A DNA stretch of 64,000 nucleotides from an uncultured Bacilli bacterium (GTDB taxonomy: Bacteria; Bacillota_I; Bacilli_A; RF39; UBA660), in assembly GCA_947585595.1 (NCBI GenBank), contig CANPXB010000002.1:6841-70840 (forward strand). Reading direction: 5' to 3'. The position numbers were made by a program, and so were the translations under genes. The first letter of the stretch is position 1. Each line of letters opens with the position of its first letter. Below the pieces are notes generated by a model. The model saw only the letters and a list, made by a program, of their open reading frames with translations, did no database searches and was not told the origin of the DNA. Of this stretch, positions 42,153 to 51,551 are shown piece by piece.

Positions 42153-42325
42153 ACAGGGAAGATGGTTATGATTATAAGTTGTATATAAGTTGTATAAAAA
42201 ATAGTGTACGGTGGCGACCATCGGAATTTAGGCTTGTGGAGGAGGAAACTCCAGCGAAGCAAGAAAAAGAAACCGCGAGATTTCTTAATGTAAAATAATC
42301 ATTTTAGTTATTTATTTTACTTTTG
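42153..42325 (+). ncRNA. Candidate structured ncRNA or leader, family unassigned
   Basis: Locally GC-rich. GATGGTT/GACCATC pairing, GGAG-GAAA-CTCC and AAGAAA-CC-GCGA-GA-TTTCTT GNRA hairpins, terminator-like GTAAAATAA...TTATTTTAC-TTTT. Confidence 0.5.
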
Positions 42326-42399
42326 TTCTTGTAAATATAAAGATATATTAAATAAGATAATAAAATTATTATGTTATAATTTACATAGTAGGTGGTTAA

Positions 42400-43500
42400 A
42401 TGAGTACAAAGAAAAAAGAAAAAGCCCTAGATAATAAATGTCCTAGTTGTAAAGCCCCTATCTTTTTTAACCCTAGTCTTGGTAAATGGAAATGTGAGTA
42501 TTGTGATAGTGAATTTACTTTAGAAGAAATTCAAGCTAAAACTAACGCTGGTAAATTAGAAAATAATGAAGCACCAGAAAAAGAAGTTCAACCTGTTGAA
42601 GAAGATAATACTAATTATGTTTCTTATCGTTGTGAAAACTGTGGTGCTGAAATAATTACTGATGAAGAAACAGCTGCTACATTCTGTTTATATTGTGGTA
42701 ATACAGCTATTTTAAAAAATAAATTATCAGGTAAGTTTGCTCCTAATTATGTTATTCCTTTTAAAGTACCAAAGGAAAAAGCAATTGAAGCATTCAAAGG
42801 TTTATCTAAAGGACGTCCTTTTGTTCCTAAAGATTTTAATAACGAAAATAATATTGAAAAAATTAAAGGTTTATATGTTCCATTTTGGTTATTTGATGTT
42901 GATGTTGAAGGCTCATTAGATTGTGATGCTACATCAATTAGCACATGGACTTCAGGTGATTATCAATATACTAAAAAAGATATATATAAAATATTCCGTA
43001 CTGGTAATATGAAATTTAACAATATTCCCGCTGATGGTTCAACTAGATTTGATGACAAAATTATGAATTCGATAGAACCATTTAATTTTAAAGAACTAGT
43101 TCCATATAACCATGCTTATTTAGCTGGCTTTTATGCTGAAAAATATGATACTGAAGCTGATCAAGTTTCAAACATAGCTATGGATAGAGCTAAAGAAACA
43201 GCTAAAGATACTATGTATAACGATAGTTTAGCTTATAGTACTAAAATAATTACTAATAACACTTTAGTTCCAGCTATCAGTGAAAAAAAATATGTTTTAC
43301 TACCTGTCTGGATGGTTAATGTTAAATATAAAGATAAATATTATATCTTTGCTATGAATGGTCAAACTGGTGAATTCATTGGTAATATACCATTAGACAC
43401 AAATAAAGTAATTCTTTGGACTATTTTAATTTTTGTTGGTGTATTTGCTTTAGTTATCTTAATAAGTTTTATCTTTCATATCGTGGGAGGTATAGCATGA
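42400..43500 (+). CDS. Zinc-ribbon membrane protein (YdjG-like)
   Basis: Four CxxC pairs, YVPFWLFD, LLPVW...MNGQTG, C-terminal TM. Confidence 0.8.
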   Translation: MSTKKKEKALDNKCPSCKAPIFFNPSLGKWKCEYCDSEFTLEEIQAKTNAGKLENNEAPEKEVQPVEEDNTNYVSYRCENCGAEIITDEETAATFCLYCGNTAILKNKLSGKFAPNYVIPFKVPKEKAIEAFKGLSKGRPFVPKDFNNENNIEKIKGLYVPFWLFDVDVEGSLDCDATSISTWTSGDYQYTKKDIYKIFRTGNMKFNNIPADGSTRFDDKIMNSIEPFNFKELVPYNHAYLAGFYAEKYDTEADQVSNIAMDRAKETAKDTMYNDSLAYSTKIITNNTLVPAISEKKYVLLPVWMVNVKYKDKYYIFAMNGQTGEFIGNIPLDTNKVILWTILIFVGVFALVILISFIFHIVGGIA

Positions 43501-44423
43501 AAAAAATAATTTTTACTATTTTATTATTCTTAATTAGTTTTAATATCTGTTATGCATCTACTAATACCTATGAAAGAACAGAAGATAATCTTCGTGTTAA
43601 TAAAAAATGGGATATTAACTATAAAAATATTAATGATGTCTTAGAAACTCCAAGTGTAGATGCCTCAGAAAAAGTTTATGACTTTGCTAACATATTAACT
43701 GACGAAGAAGAAAAAGAGCTAAAAAAACTAAGCGATGAATTTATCGCTGAAACTGGCTTTGATTTAGTTTTCGTCTTTGATAGTTTTTCATATTCTAAAG
43801 ATAATCAAAACGAAGACTATGCTGCTAATTTTTATGATTACAATGACTTTGGTATTGATGATGAAAAATATAGTGGTATCTTATTCCTTATAAATGAATA
43901 TCCCAATCAAAGATATTATAATATGTATACATTTGGTAATGCTCAATTATATTATCAATCTGCCAGAACCGAACCAATTTTAGATGACGTTTATTATAAT
44001 CTTTATAATAAAAATTATATGGATGGTTTAAAAACATTTATCGAAGATTGTTATGATTATTATGAAGAAGGCATTCAACCAGATTTAAAAGATTACTACA
44101 TCGATGATATGGGATACCTTCAAAAGCATTACAAACCACCAATTCTTATTGGTTTATTAGTTTCTCTAATTGTTACAGCAATTACCATAGGTATCTTAGT
44201 TAAGAAAAACTTTATGATTGCTCAAGAAACGAAAGCTCTTGAATACTTAGATCAAAATAGTATTCACTATACTAGAAAGTTAGATCAATTTATTACATCC
44301 CACACTACATCACATTATATTTCATCAAGTAGTGGTGGCGGTTACTCTGGTGGTGGAAGTTATCATAGTAGTAGTGGTTCATCTGGTGGTGGACACTCAT
44401 CAGGTGGCGGAAGACACATGTAA
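43497..44423 (+). CDS. TPM-domain protein (YdjH-like)
   Basis: Start at ATGA overlap 43497 (MKKIIF signal peptide), VYDFANILTDEEE, TM, Gly/Ser-rich tail. Confidence 0.85.
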   Translation: MKKIIFTILLFLISFNICYASTNTYERTEDNLRVNKKWDINYKNINDVLETPSVDASEKVYDFANILTDEEEKELKKLSDEFIAETGFDLVFVFDSFSYSKDNQNEDYAANFYDYNDFGIDDEKYSGILFLINEYPNQRYYNMYTFGNAQLYYQSARTEPILDDVYYNLYNKNYMDGLKTFIEDCYDYYEEGIQPDLKDYYIDDMGYLQKHYKPPILIGLLVSLIVTAITIGILVKKNFMIAQETKALEYLDQNSIHYTRKLDQFITSHTTSHYISSSSGGGYSGGGSYHSSSGSSGGGHSSGGGRHM

Positions 44424-44453
44424 AAAGTTCTCAAACGAGAACTTTTATTTTTT
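44423..44453. terminator. Bidirectional terminator
   Basis: AAAAGTTCTC-AAAC-GAGAACTTTT between convergent genes. Confidence 0.7.
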
Positions 44454-45755
44454 TTCAATAACAATTAATTTCTTTTTAGGTTTAGGTCTATTGTTTGGTC
44501 TATTGCGACTAACCCTTTTAACGTTATTAGGATTTAAATTTAAATTACGATTACGATTTCTATTGTTATTATTACTACGATTAGGTCTTCTAACCTTTTT
44601 AACATTACGTGGATTTAAATTTAAAGACTTATTATTTTCATTATTCCTTGGTTCTATAACAGGTTTACCAATATCAACACTATGTGGTCTTTCAATAATA
44701 CTACGATCATTTTCTAATGGAATAATATCTTCTAACTCGTTATTATCAGCTTCTTCTTCAAAATCAAGATCAATAATACGATTATCATGTCCATGATCAT
44801 TAACACCAAATCTCTTCTTTTTCGCATCTTCCATATTAGTAACTTTAATACGTCCACCAGTTAAATAATTTTCTTCTACCGGTTCTTCTTTTTCTTCTTC
44901 AGGTAATTCTCTAGACATTCTATCTAAAACATTACCTAATTGACTAATACGATCATCATATTCTTTAATTTTAGTTGTTAAAGGATCTGTATCTAATACT
45001 TCAACAGCATCCTCTTTATACTTAGCAATCTCTTCTCTAGTTGTTGGTAATGGTACTGGATTCATATTAGCATTTTTAATTCTTAATTCTTCTCTAATTT
45101 TTTCTTTACGAGCATTTTCATATTCTTCTTGTTCTTTAGCTAACTCTTCTTGTTCTGTATCATTAACTACTTCTCTAACTTTACTCTTTATCCCAAATAA
45201 ATTAATTAACTTATATATTTCTAATAAAGTATAAATAGATACTGGAATAAGTAATAAGAATAACCAACCTTTTTGATTAGCAATTAAGAATTGAATTCTT
45301 CCTAAGTATGGAATAATTACTATTTCTTTACCTATTACTTGATCAAATGAAACATATAAACGATCAGGTTCACTATTATTATCACCTTGTGTACGATACT
45401 CATAACCACCATCAGGAGTTCTCGTTACTTCTGTAACACGGTGCGTTATGGTCATACCTTCTGATGTTGAAGCTTTAGATATATAAGTAATAATATCTCC
45501 TACTTTAATATTAGCTGGATTATCTTCTCTAATATTAATAACAACATCATATACTTTAATTGTTGGTGTCATACTAGGACTTACTATTGTATATATTGAA
45601 AACTTAGGTTTATAGTCTTCATTATCAGCATTCATTTGTGAAGAAATAATATAATAAAGTAAAAATAAAGCAATTAAGCATATAAAAGCAACTACTACGT
45701 AATATAGTATTTTACCTACAACATATAATATACTTTTAGGTTTATTATTCTCCAT
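44445..45755 (-). CDS. sipW: Signal peptidase I, SipW/S26B type, with long C-terminal extension
   Basis: IVSPSMTPTI (Ser), GDIITY, ITHRV (His), TQGDNN. Confidence 0.8.
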   Translation of the reverse strand: MENNKPKSILYVVGKILYYVVVAFICLIALFLLYYIISSQMNADNEDYKPKFSIYTIVSPSMTPTIKVYDVVINIREDNPANIKVGDIITYISKASTSEGMTITHRVTEVTRTPDGGYEYRTQGDNNSEPDRLYVSFDQVIGKEIVIIPYLGRIQFLIANQKGWLFLLLIPVSIYTLLEIYKLINLFGIKSKVREVVNDTEQEELAKEQEEYENARKEKIREELRIKNANMNPVPLPTTREEIAKYKEDAVEVLDTDPLTTKIKEYDDRISQLGNVLDRMSRELPEEEKEEPVEENYLTGGRIKVTNMEDAKKKRFGVNDHGHDNRIIDLDFEEEADNNELEDIIPLENDRSIIERPHSVDIGKPVIEPRNNENNKSLNLNPRNVKKVRRPNRSNNNNRNRNRNLNLNPNNVKRVSRNRPNNRPKPKKKLIVIEKK

Positions 45756-45765
45756 AGCCAGCCTC

Positions 45766-46392
45766 TTATTGTTCTAATAAATTTGATTTATTATCCATTT
45801 GTTCTACTATAATTGATGCATGATAATAATTATTATTTTCTCCTTCAAATGTTGTTCCTTGAAAAACTACATCAATTGTATATGTTCTAGTCTCTTTAGG
45901 TTCTATCTTAATATTATCTAATATAACTTTATCAGTTAATGGTAATTGCTTAGTACTACTAGTCTCCCCATTACTATTAATTGTATAGAATAAATTATTA
46001 GTCGATAGTAATGATGTCTTAATTGAAGCAATCTTAATATTATAAGTAACTGCTGTATCCCCATCATTAGTTATTTCAATAGTCTTTGGGGTTCCCAGTC
46101 TATAACCAGTTACAATATTATCTAATACTAAACTAGAAGATCCATTATATACTGTCGATAAAGTTTGATAATAAGTCTTTTCATCTTTAACATCTTCTTG
46201 AATATCCGAACTCCTTTTATAAGCCATAAAAGAAAAGACAGCATTAACAATAACTGCTAGTAATGTAACAGTTATAACTACTAAAATAGCTAAGAATCTT
46301 CTTTGTTCACTACGTTCTTGTGCTTGAATAAGAATGGTATACTGATTCTCTAAATCTGATTTAAAATTATCATTTTTCTCCATTCTTATCAC
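45766..46392 (-). CDS. TasA/camelysin-like beta-sandwich surface protein
   Basis: N-terminal TM, KTIEITNDGD...Y and IEPKETRTYTIDV pattern, adjacent to sipW. Confidence 0.5.
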   Translation of the reverse strand: MIRMEKNDNFKSDLENQYTILIQAQERSEQRRFLAILVVITVTLLAVIVNAVFSFMAYKRSSDIQEDVKDEKTYYQTLSTVYNGSSSLVLDNIVTGYRLGTPKTIEITNDGDTAVTYNIKIASIKTSLLSTNNLFYTINSNGETSSTKQLPLTDKVILDNIKIEPKETRTYTIDVVFQGTTFEGENNNYYHASIIVEQMDNKSNLLEQ

Positions 46393-46399
46393 TTCCTTT

Positions 46400-46945
46400 T
46401 TATTCTTTTATAATAACCTTATATGTACCTGTAAAAGTCTTATTTAAATTATAAGATTGATCTTGACCAGTATTTATAAAATTAATTTTTATCGTACATT
46501 CATTAGTTTTATTTGTTTCTAACTCTAAGTTATCTAAAATAACTTCATTATTTAAAGGCATTTGTTTATTTTCAACTTTTTCACCATTACTACAATTAAC
46601 TGAATAATTAAACTCTTCTGGCATACCATTACCACTATTCCAATTACTTGAAATATTCTGCCATTCAATTATATATTTAATTGTATTTGAATTATTATTT
46701 GTAATACTAAATTTTTGTTCTAAATTATAACCAGGGTTTAGGGAATTTAATCTTAAATTATTATTGGCTTCATAAACTATTGAAGTACTTTTATATATAT
46801 TTTTATTAGCTAAAACTTTATTACTATTAGCTTCAGTTCTTATTTCATCATTCATAAATATTATACTACTACCTATGACTGACGAGATAAAAGTAAGCAC
46901 GGAAAAAACACATATTAGTATCGTCCACTTCTTGTCCATTTCCAA
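46400..46945 (-). CDS. TasA/camelysin-like beta-sandwich surface protein
   Basis: N-terminal TM, LNPGYNLEQKFSITN...Y, TGQDQSYNLNKTFTG. Confidence 0.55.
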   Translation of the reverse strand: MEMDKKWTILICVFSVLTFISSVIGSSIIFMNDEIRTEANSNKVLANKNIYKSTSIVYEANNNLRLNSLNPGYNLEQKFSITNNNSNTIKYIIEWQNISSNWNSGNGMPEEFNYSVNCSNGEKVENKQMPLNNEVILDNLELETNKTNECTIKINFINTGQDQSYNLNKTFTGTYKVIIKE

Positions 46946-47052
46946 TCACCCTTTATTATATATAATAATAGCAAAATAATCATTCTTTATCAAGATTATA
47001 TTTGTATAGCAAAGCTCTAAAACTATGATATAATGATTACTGAGGTGCTAAG

Positions 47053-47997
47053 ATGAAATTAAGTATTATAATACCTTGTAAGAACGAAGAGGGTAATGTT
47101 AATAACCTATATGAAGCCATTTCTAAAGTTCTTGGTAAGAAAAAATATGAACTTATTTTTATAGATGATGGTTCAACTGATAAAACATTAGTTGAACTAA
47201 AAAAATTATACGAAAAAGATATGCAACATATGAAAGTCCTATCCTTTAGTCGTAACTTTATGAAAGAAGCTGCTATCTTAGCAGGTTTAGAAGCTAGTAG
47301 TGGTGAATATACCTGTATTATAGATGGTGACTTACAACAAAATCCTAAGTATTTAATCGATATGATGGAATTTTTAGATGACAATAGTGATTATGATGAA
47401 GTAGCTATGGTTATGAACAAAAGAACTACTGAATCAAAATTCATGTCATTCTGTAAAAACATGTTTTATAAAACTATGAACAATCTATGTGAAATCAACT
47501 TAGAAAATGCTGCTTCTGATTTTAGAATGTTTCGTAGTAATGTTAAAAATGCTTTAATTAGTTTAAGTGAAAAAAATAGATTTTCGAAAGGTTTATTTAG
47601 TTGGGTTGGTTTTAATATTAAATACATGCCATATGAAGTAGAACCTAGAGAATCTGGTAAATCATCATTTGGTTTTAAAGCTTCTCTACGCTATGCTATA
47701 AGTGGAATAATAGCTTTTTCAGAAAAGCCATTAAAACTAGGTATTTCCTTAGGATGTCTATCTATTCTCGCTAGTTTTATCTATTTAATTATATTATTAA
47801 TTCAAATCCTTGGTTTTGGTTTTGAAGCAACTGCTATTCATGCTTTAATAATAATTACCTTATTCTTATTTGGTCTTAACTTTATTCTTTTAGGAATTAT
47901 TGGTAAATACCTAGGTACTATAAATATTGAAGTAAGAAAAAGACCTACATATATTATTAAAGAAAAACTTGGTTTTGATAATGAAACAATACTTTAA
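47053..47997 (+). CDS. GT2 polyprenol-phosphate glycosyltransferase (GtrB/CsbB-like)
   Basis: IIPCKNEE, DDGSTD, FSRNF, DGDLQ, two C-terminal TMs. Confidence 0.92.
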   Translation: MKLSIIIPCKNEEGNVNNLYEAISKVLGKKKYELIFIDDGSTDKTLVELKKLYEKDMQHMKVLSFSRNFMKEAAILAGLEASSGEYTCIIDGDLQQNPKYLIDMMEFLDDNSDYDEVAMVMNKRTTESKFMSFCKNMFYKTMNNLCEINLENAASDFRMFRSNVKNALISLSEKNRFSKGLFSWVGFNIKYMPYEVEPRESGKSSFGFKASLRYAISGIIAFSEKPLKLGISLGCLSILASFIYLIILLIQILGFGFEATAIHALIIITLFLFGLNFILLGIIGKYLGTINIEVRKRPTYIIKEKLGFDNETIL

Positions 47998-48134
47998 GTA
48001 TTGTTTTTTTTAAAAGTAAATAAATATGTCTAATACCCTAAGATTCCTTGCATAAAAGCCATAGTAATAATATAATAATCTTAATAGTAGAGAATTACTA
48101 TCTTAGTTAAAATTTATTAAATGGAGGTATTAAA

Positions 48135-49256
48135 ATGGGTTTAATTAAAGCTTTAACTAGCTCAACATCTACGGCCATTGGTGATCAGTTTAAAGAGTAC
48201 GTCACATGTCCTAGTGTTGATAAAAATGTAATGATTGTGAGAGGAATAGTTAACCATGGTGAAGGAAATAAAAATCCTTCTGAAGGAGTTATTACTAATG
48301 GTAGTAAAATAGTTGTTCCTGAAGGTTATGCTATGATGTTAATCGACAATGGTAAAGTTGTTGAATTCTCATCAGAACCTGGTGAATATACTTATGACAA
48401 TAGTAGTGAACCAAGTGTTTTCTATGGCGGATTAGGAAAAGGTATTTTAGATACTTTAAAAACTATTGGATCAAGGATTACTTATGGTGGCCAAACAGCT
48501 AGGGATCAAAGAGTTTACTATGTTAGTTTACTTAATGTTCTAGGTAATAAATTTGGTTCTCCACAACCTAAAAAAATTACTGATGAAAAATATGGTATTA
48601 TTGAAGTAACATTCTTTGGTGAATATGCTTATAAAGTAGATGACCCAGTAACATTAGTTGGTAATGTAATTGGTGCTAATGCTAAAGATCAAGTTACTTT
48701 TGATGAAGTAATGGGTTCACAATTAAAAAATGAATTCGTTGAACAAATAACTAAAGCTATTACTGAAGTTATGAGACTTAAAAAAGTTTCTTTCGGTGAT
48801 ATGGGTATGTATGGTAGTGATATTTCAGATAAGATGAATGAAATATTAAGCCCTACATGGAAAGAAAAATATGGTATTATCGTAACTGATGTTGCTATGG
48901 GTGACATTAATGTTACTGATGAATCAATGGCCAGAATTAATAAAATTGATGATGCTACAATCTTCTCAGATGCTAAATTACAATCTGGTTTAATGGCCAA
49001 TGCTTCTGCTGAAGCTTTAAAAGCTGCTGCTAGCAATGAAAATGGTGCAATGATGGGATTCGCTGGATTAAATATGGCTAATAATGCTGGTGCTGGTATG
49101 ATGGGTGTTGCTAATCAAAATGCGCAAGCTCAAGCTGCTCAAAATCCTGCTCCTGCTCCTGCAGCTGGTGGTGCAGTACCAAACTTCTGTCCTAACTGTG
49201 GAACAGCAACTAATGGTGCAAATTTCTGCCCTAATTGTGGACAAAAACTAAATTAA
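48135..49256 (+). CDS. SPFH/band-7 domain protein with C-terminal zinc ribbon (YdjI-like)
   Basis: ITNGSKIVVPEG, GAMMGFAGLNMA, FCPNCG twice. Confidence 0.85.
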   Translation: MGLIKALTSSTSTAIGDQFKEYVTCPSVDKNVMIVRGIVNHGEGNKNPSEGVITNGSKIVVPEGYAMMLIDNGKVVEFSSEPGEYTYDNSSEPSVFYGGLGKGILDTLKTIGSRITYGGQTARDQRVYYVSLLNVLGNKFGSPQPKKITDEKYGIIEVTFFGEYAYKVDDPVTLVGNVIGANAKDQVTFDEVMGSQLKNEFVEQITKAITEVMRLKKVSFGDMGMYGSDISDKMNEILSPTWKEKYGIIVTDVAMGDINVTDESMARINKIDDATIFSDAKLQSGLMANASAEALKAAASNENGAMMGFAGLNMANNAGAGMMGVANQNAQAQAAQNPAPAPAAGGAVPNFCPNCGTATNGANFCPNCGQKLN

Positions 49257-49297
49257 AAAAAAAGATCTACGTAAGTAGATTTTTTTAATGCCATAAA

Positions 49298-49516
49298 TTA
49301 TTTTTTCTTTAATCGATTAAACTTTTCTTGTATTCTTTTTCTTCTTAATTCTTCTTCATTTAAATCTAATTCATAAACATCATTATTTAATTCTAAGATT
49401 GATCCTTCCTTAATACCATCTGGTAATAAAGCAATATCAACTTCCTTAATCTCATTATTCTCAATACCTTCTAAAACAACAACATTATCTTCAATACGAT
49501 CAACACTAAACTTCAT
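49298..49516 (-). CDS. DUF3006-family protein
   Basis: VDRIEDNVVVLE...LPDGIKEGSIL, usual neighbour of ComEC-like MBL genes. Confidence 0.8.
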   Translation of the reverse strand: MKFSVDRIEDNVVVLEGIENNEIKEVDIALLPDGIKEGSILELNNDVYELDLNEEELRRKRIQEKFNRLKKK

Positions 49517-49524
49517 TATTTCAC

Positions 49525-50418
49525 CTATCCATTCGTATCAGTAGCAAAACTACTAACCTCTATTTTCTTACCATCACTATCTATCATAATCGTCCCAAGT
49601 TCACTAGTCATATAAATCTTTCTTGTATAATTCATTAATCTATTTAAAGTATCTTTACTAGGATGACCATAACTATTCTCTTTAGCTACTGATATAAATG
49701 CATACTTAGGTGTTACTTTATCTAAAAATTCCTTAGAACTACTATAAGCACTACCATGATGACCAACTTTTAATACATCAACATCAATATTCTTATCTAA
49801 TAATATCTTTTCTACTTTATTGGTAGCATCACCTGTAAATAAATAAGAATAATTACCAAATATCATCTTTAAAACAATTGAAGTATTATTTAAATCACTA
49901 TCATCAGTACCTGTATACATTACTTCAAACTCTGCTTCCCCTAAACTAAACTTATCTCCTATCTTAGGAACAGTAATCTCTAATCCTTTACTATCTAAAG
50001 CATCTAATACATCTTCAAAAGTTTTCGTTGTTGTCATAACCTCTGGTATATAAAAATTATCTATCGTAAAGTTATTTATAATATCATCTAATCCCCCAAT
50101 ATGATCTTCATGAGGATGAGTTCCTACAACATAATCAAATTCACTTATCCCTAACTCATTCTTTAAGTATTTAACTAATTTTGGTCCATCTTCATTATTA
50201 CCTGCATCTATTAACATATAATGATCTTGATTAGTTATTAAAATACTATCCGCTTGACCAACATCTAAAAAATAAACTTGTAAATTACTACTTACTACAT
50301 TCTTATTAGAATAAGCTTCTTCTTGATTACTATATAGTGAAAAGATATAACATATTACAGCTATAACAAATATAAAAGTAATAAATTTATTATTATTTTT
50401 TCTTTTTCTTCTACTCAT
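49525..50418 (-). CDS. ComEC/Rec2-like MBL-fold hydrolase
   Basis: FLDVGQADS, THPHEDHIGG, FTGDA, KVGHHGS, YGHPS. Confidence 0.9.
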   Translation of the reverse strand: MSRRKRKNNNKFITFIFVIAVICYIFSLYSNQEEAYSNKNVVSSNLQVYFLDVGQADSILITNQDHYMLIDAGNNEDGPKLVKYLKNELGISEFDYVVGTHPHEDHIGGLDDIINNFTIDNFYIPEVMTTTKTFEDVLDALDSKGLEITVPKIGDKFSLGEAEFEVMYTGTDDSDLNNTSIVLKMIFGNYSYLFTGDATNKVEKILLDKNIDVDVLKVGHHGSAYSSSKEFLDKVTPKYAFISVAKENSYGHPSKDTLNRLMNYTRKIYMTSELGTIMIDSDGKKIEVSSFATDTNG

Positions 50419-50475
50419 AATAAAACCTACTTTATATAAATATTATACCATGTATAATACTTAAGTAGGTTATAA

Positions 50476-51402
50476 TTATTCCTTATTATCAGTCATTAAT
50501 TTCTTTAATACTTCTTCTTTTCCTTCATGACTAATTACATCTTCACTAAGATCTATTTCATTATATTTACCATTAACATATAAATCTACTAACATATAAA
50601 TCGTATCAAATAATAACTCACTATCTAAAAATAATAAATCAATTATCTGTTCTACTCCATTATTTTCATATAACTCAATATGTTCTTGTAATGTCTTATT
50701 ATCTTTAACTAAATTAACTAAATATTTACTAGCTCGATAATCTACTAAAGCTATTTCTAAACATAACTTCTTAGCATTTCTTCTATCTACTTTAAATAAA
50801 TCTTTAATAAAACCAACTACTGAATATATAATACCTTCTTGAAAATCAATCATTAAAGTTTTTTGATAAAACTTATTTTGATTTCTAATATTCTTAATTA
50901 ATTTGTCTATTGTTAAATCTTCATAATAAGTATCTAAATCTAAATCATGACAAGGGAATATAAGACTTAATTTTTGATTCTCAGTTAAAGATAATGATCT
51001 AACTACTAATATTTTACCTAAACCTGATAAATTATGAAAATCATAACTAGCTTTAATCATCGTATTAAATAATCCAATATTAGCACTAATCTCAGCTAAT
51101 AAATCATTAAAATCAACAATATTCCATAATTGATAAAAAATATCAATATCTTCTTCTGTTGCTATACCTTGTTTTAAACGATAAGCATACATCTTATAAG
51201 CATCTAAGTATACAACTCCCATAAAAAACTCGCGATATACTTCAATTGACTTCTCTTCATAATTTTCTAATGAATACATATAATCCATTATTTTATTAAT
51301 ACCTTCTTTAGTACTAATTCCCACTAATAGATTCTTTTCAACAATTGTATTTATTTGTTTTCTAATATCTTGATTAAAATTTTTAATTTTATATTCCGCC
51401 AT
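50476..51402 (-). CDS. Hypothetical protein
   Basis: 308-aa ORF with GGGGGA RBS, no recognised motif. Confidence 0.7.
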   Translation of the reverse strand: MAEYKIKNFNQDIRKQINTIVEKNLLVGISTKEGINKIMDYMYSLENYEEKSIEVYREFFMGVVYLDAYKMYAYRLKQGIATEEDIDIFYQLWNIVDFNDLLAEISANIGLFNTMIKASYDFHNLSGLGKILVVRSLSLTENQKLSLIFPCHDLDLDTYYEDLTIDKLIKNIRNQNKFYQKTLMIDFQEGIIYSVVGFIKDLFKVDRRNAKKLCLEIALVDYRASKYLVNLVKDNKTLQEHIELYENNGVEQIIDLLFLDSELLFDTIYMLVDLYVNGKYNEIDLSEDVISHEGKEEVLKKLMTDNKE

Positions 51403-51551
51403 TATAAATCCCCCAATGTTTTATATTGTAACAAATTATTTCCTAAAAAGATAATAATATTTACATTTCATTAAAAGAAAAAGATAGACAATTATTATAA
51501 AAAAAATTATCATTAATTTATAAGATATTAAACTTTAATCGGAGGATATTT

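Noticed and set aside
42238-42256. GAGGAAACTCC resembling the RNase P RNA GAGGAAAGUCC motif
   Set aside because: Region is too short, lacks the matching 3' conserved segment, and is explained by a local GAAA-tetraloop hairpin.
43416-43496. ORF-track N-terminal extension of the TPM gene
   Set aside because: Overlaps the upstream gene. ATG at 43497 has a GGGAGG RBS and gives a clean signal peptide.
44332-44796. 154-aa + strand ORF and other short ORF-track entries (2545, 17397, 26612, 31407, 32906, 33054, 36230, 37575, 39107, 42737, 42747, 47037, 48689, 52142, 61530)
   Set aside because: Antisense or alternate-frame shadows of well-supported genes, with no recognisable motifs.
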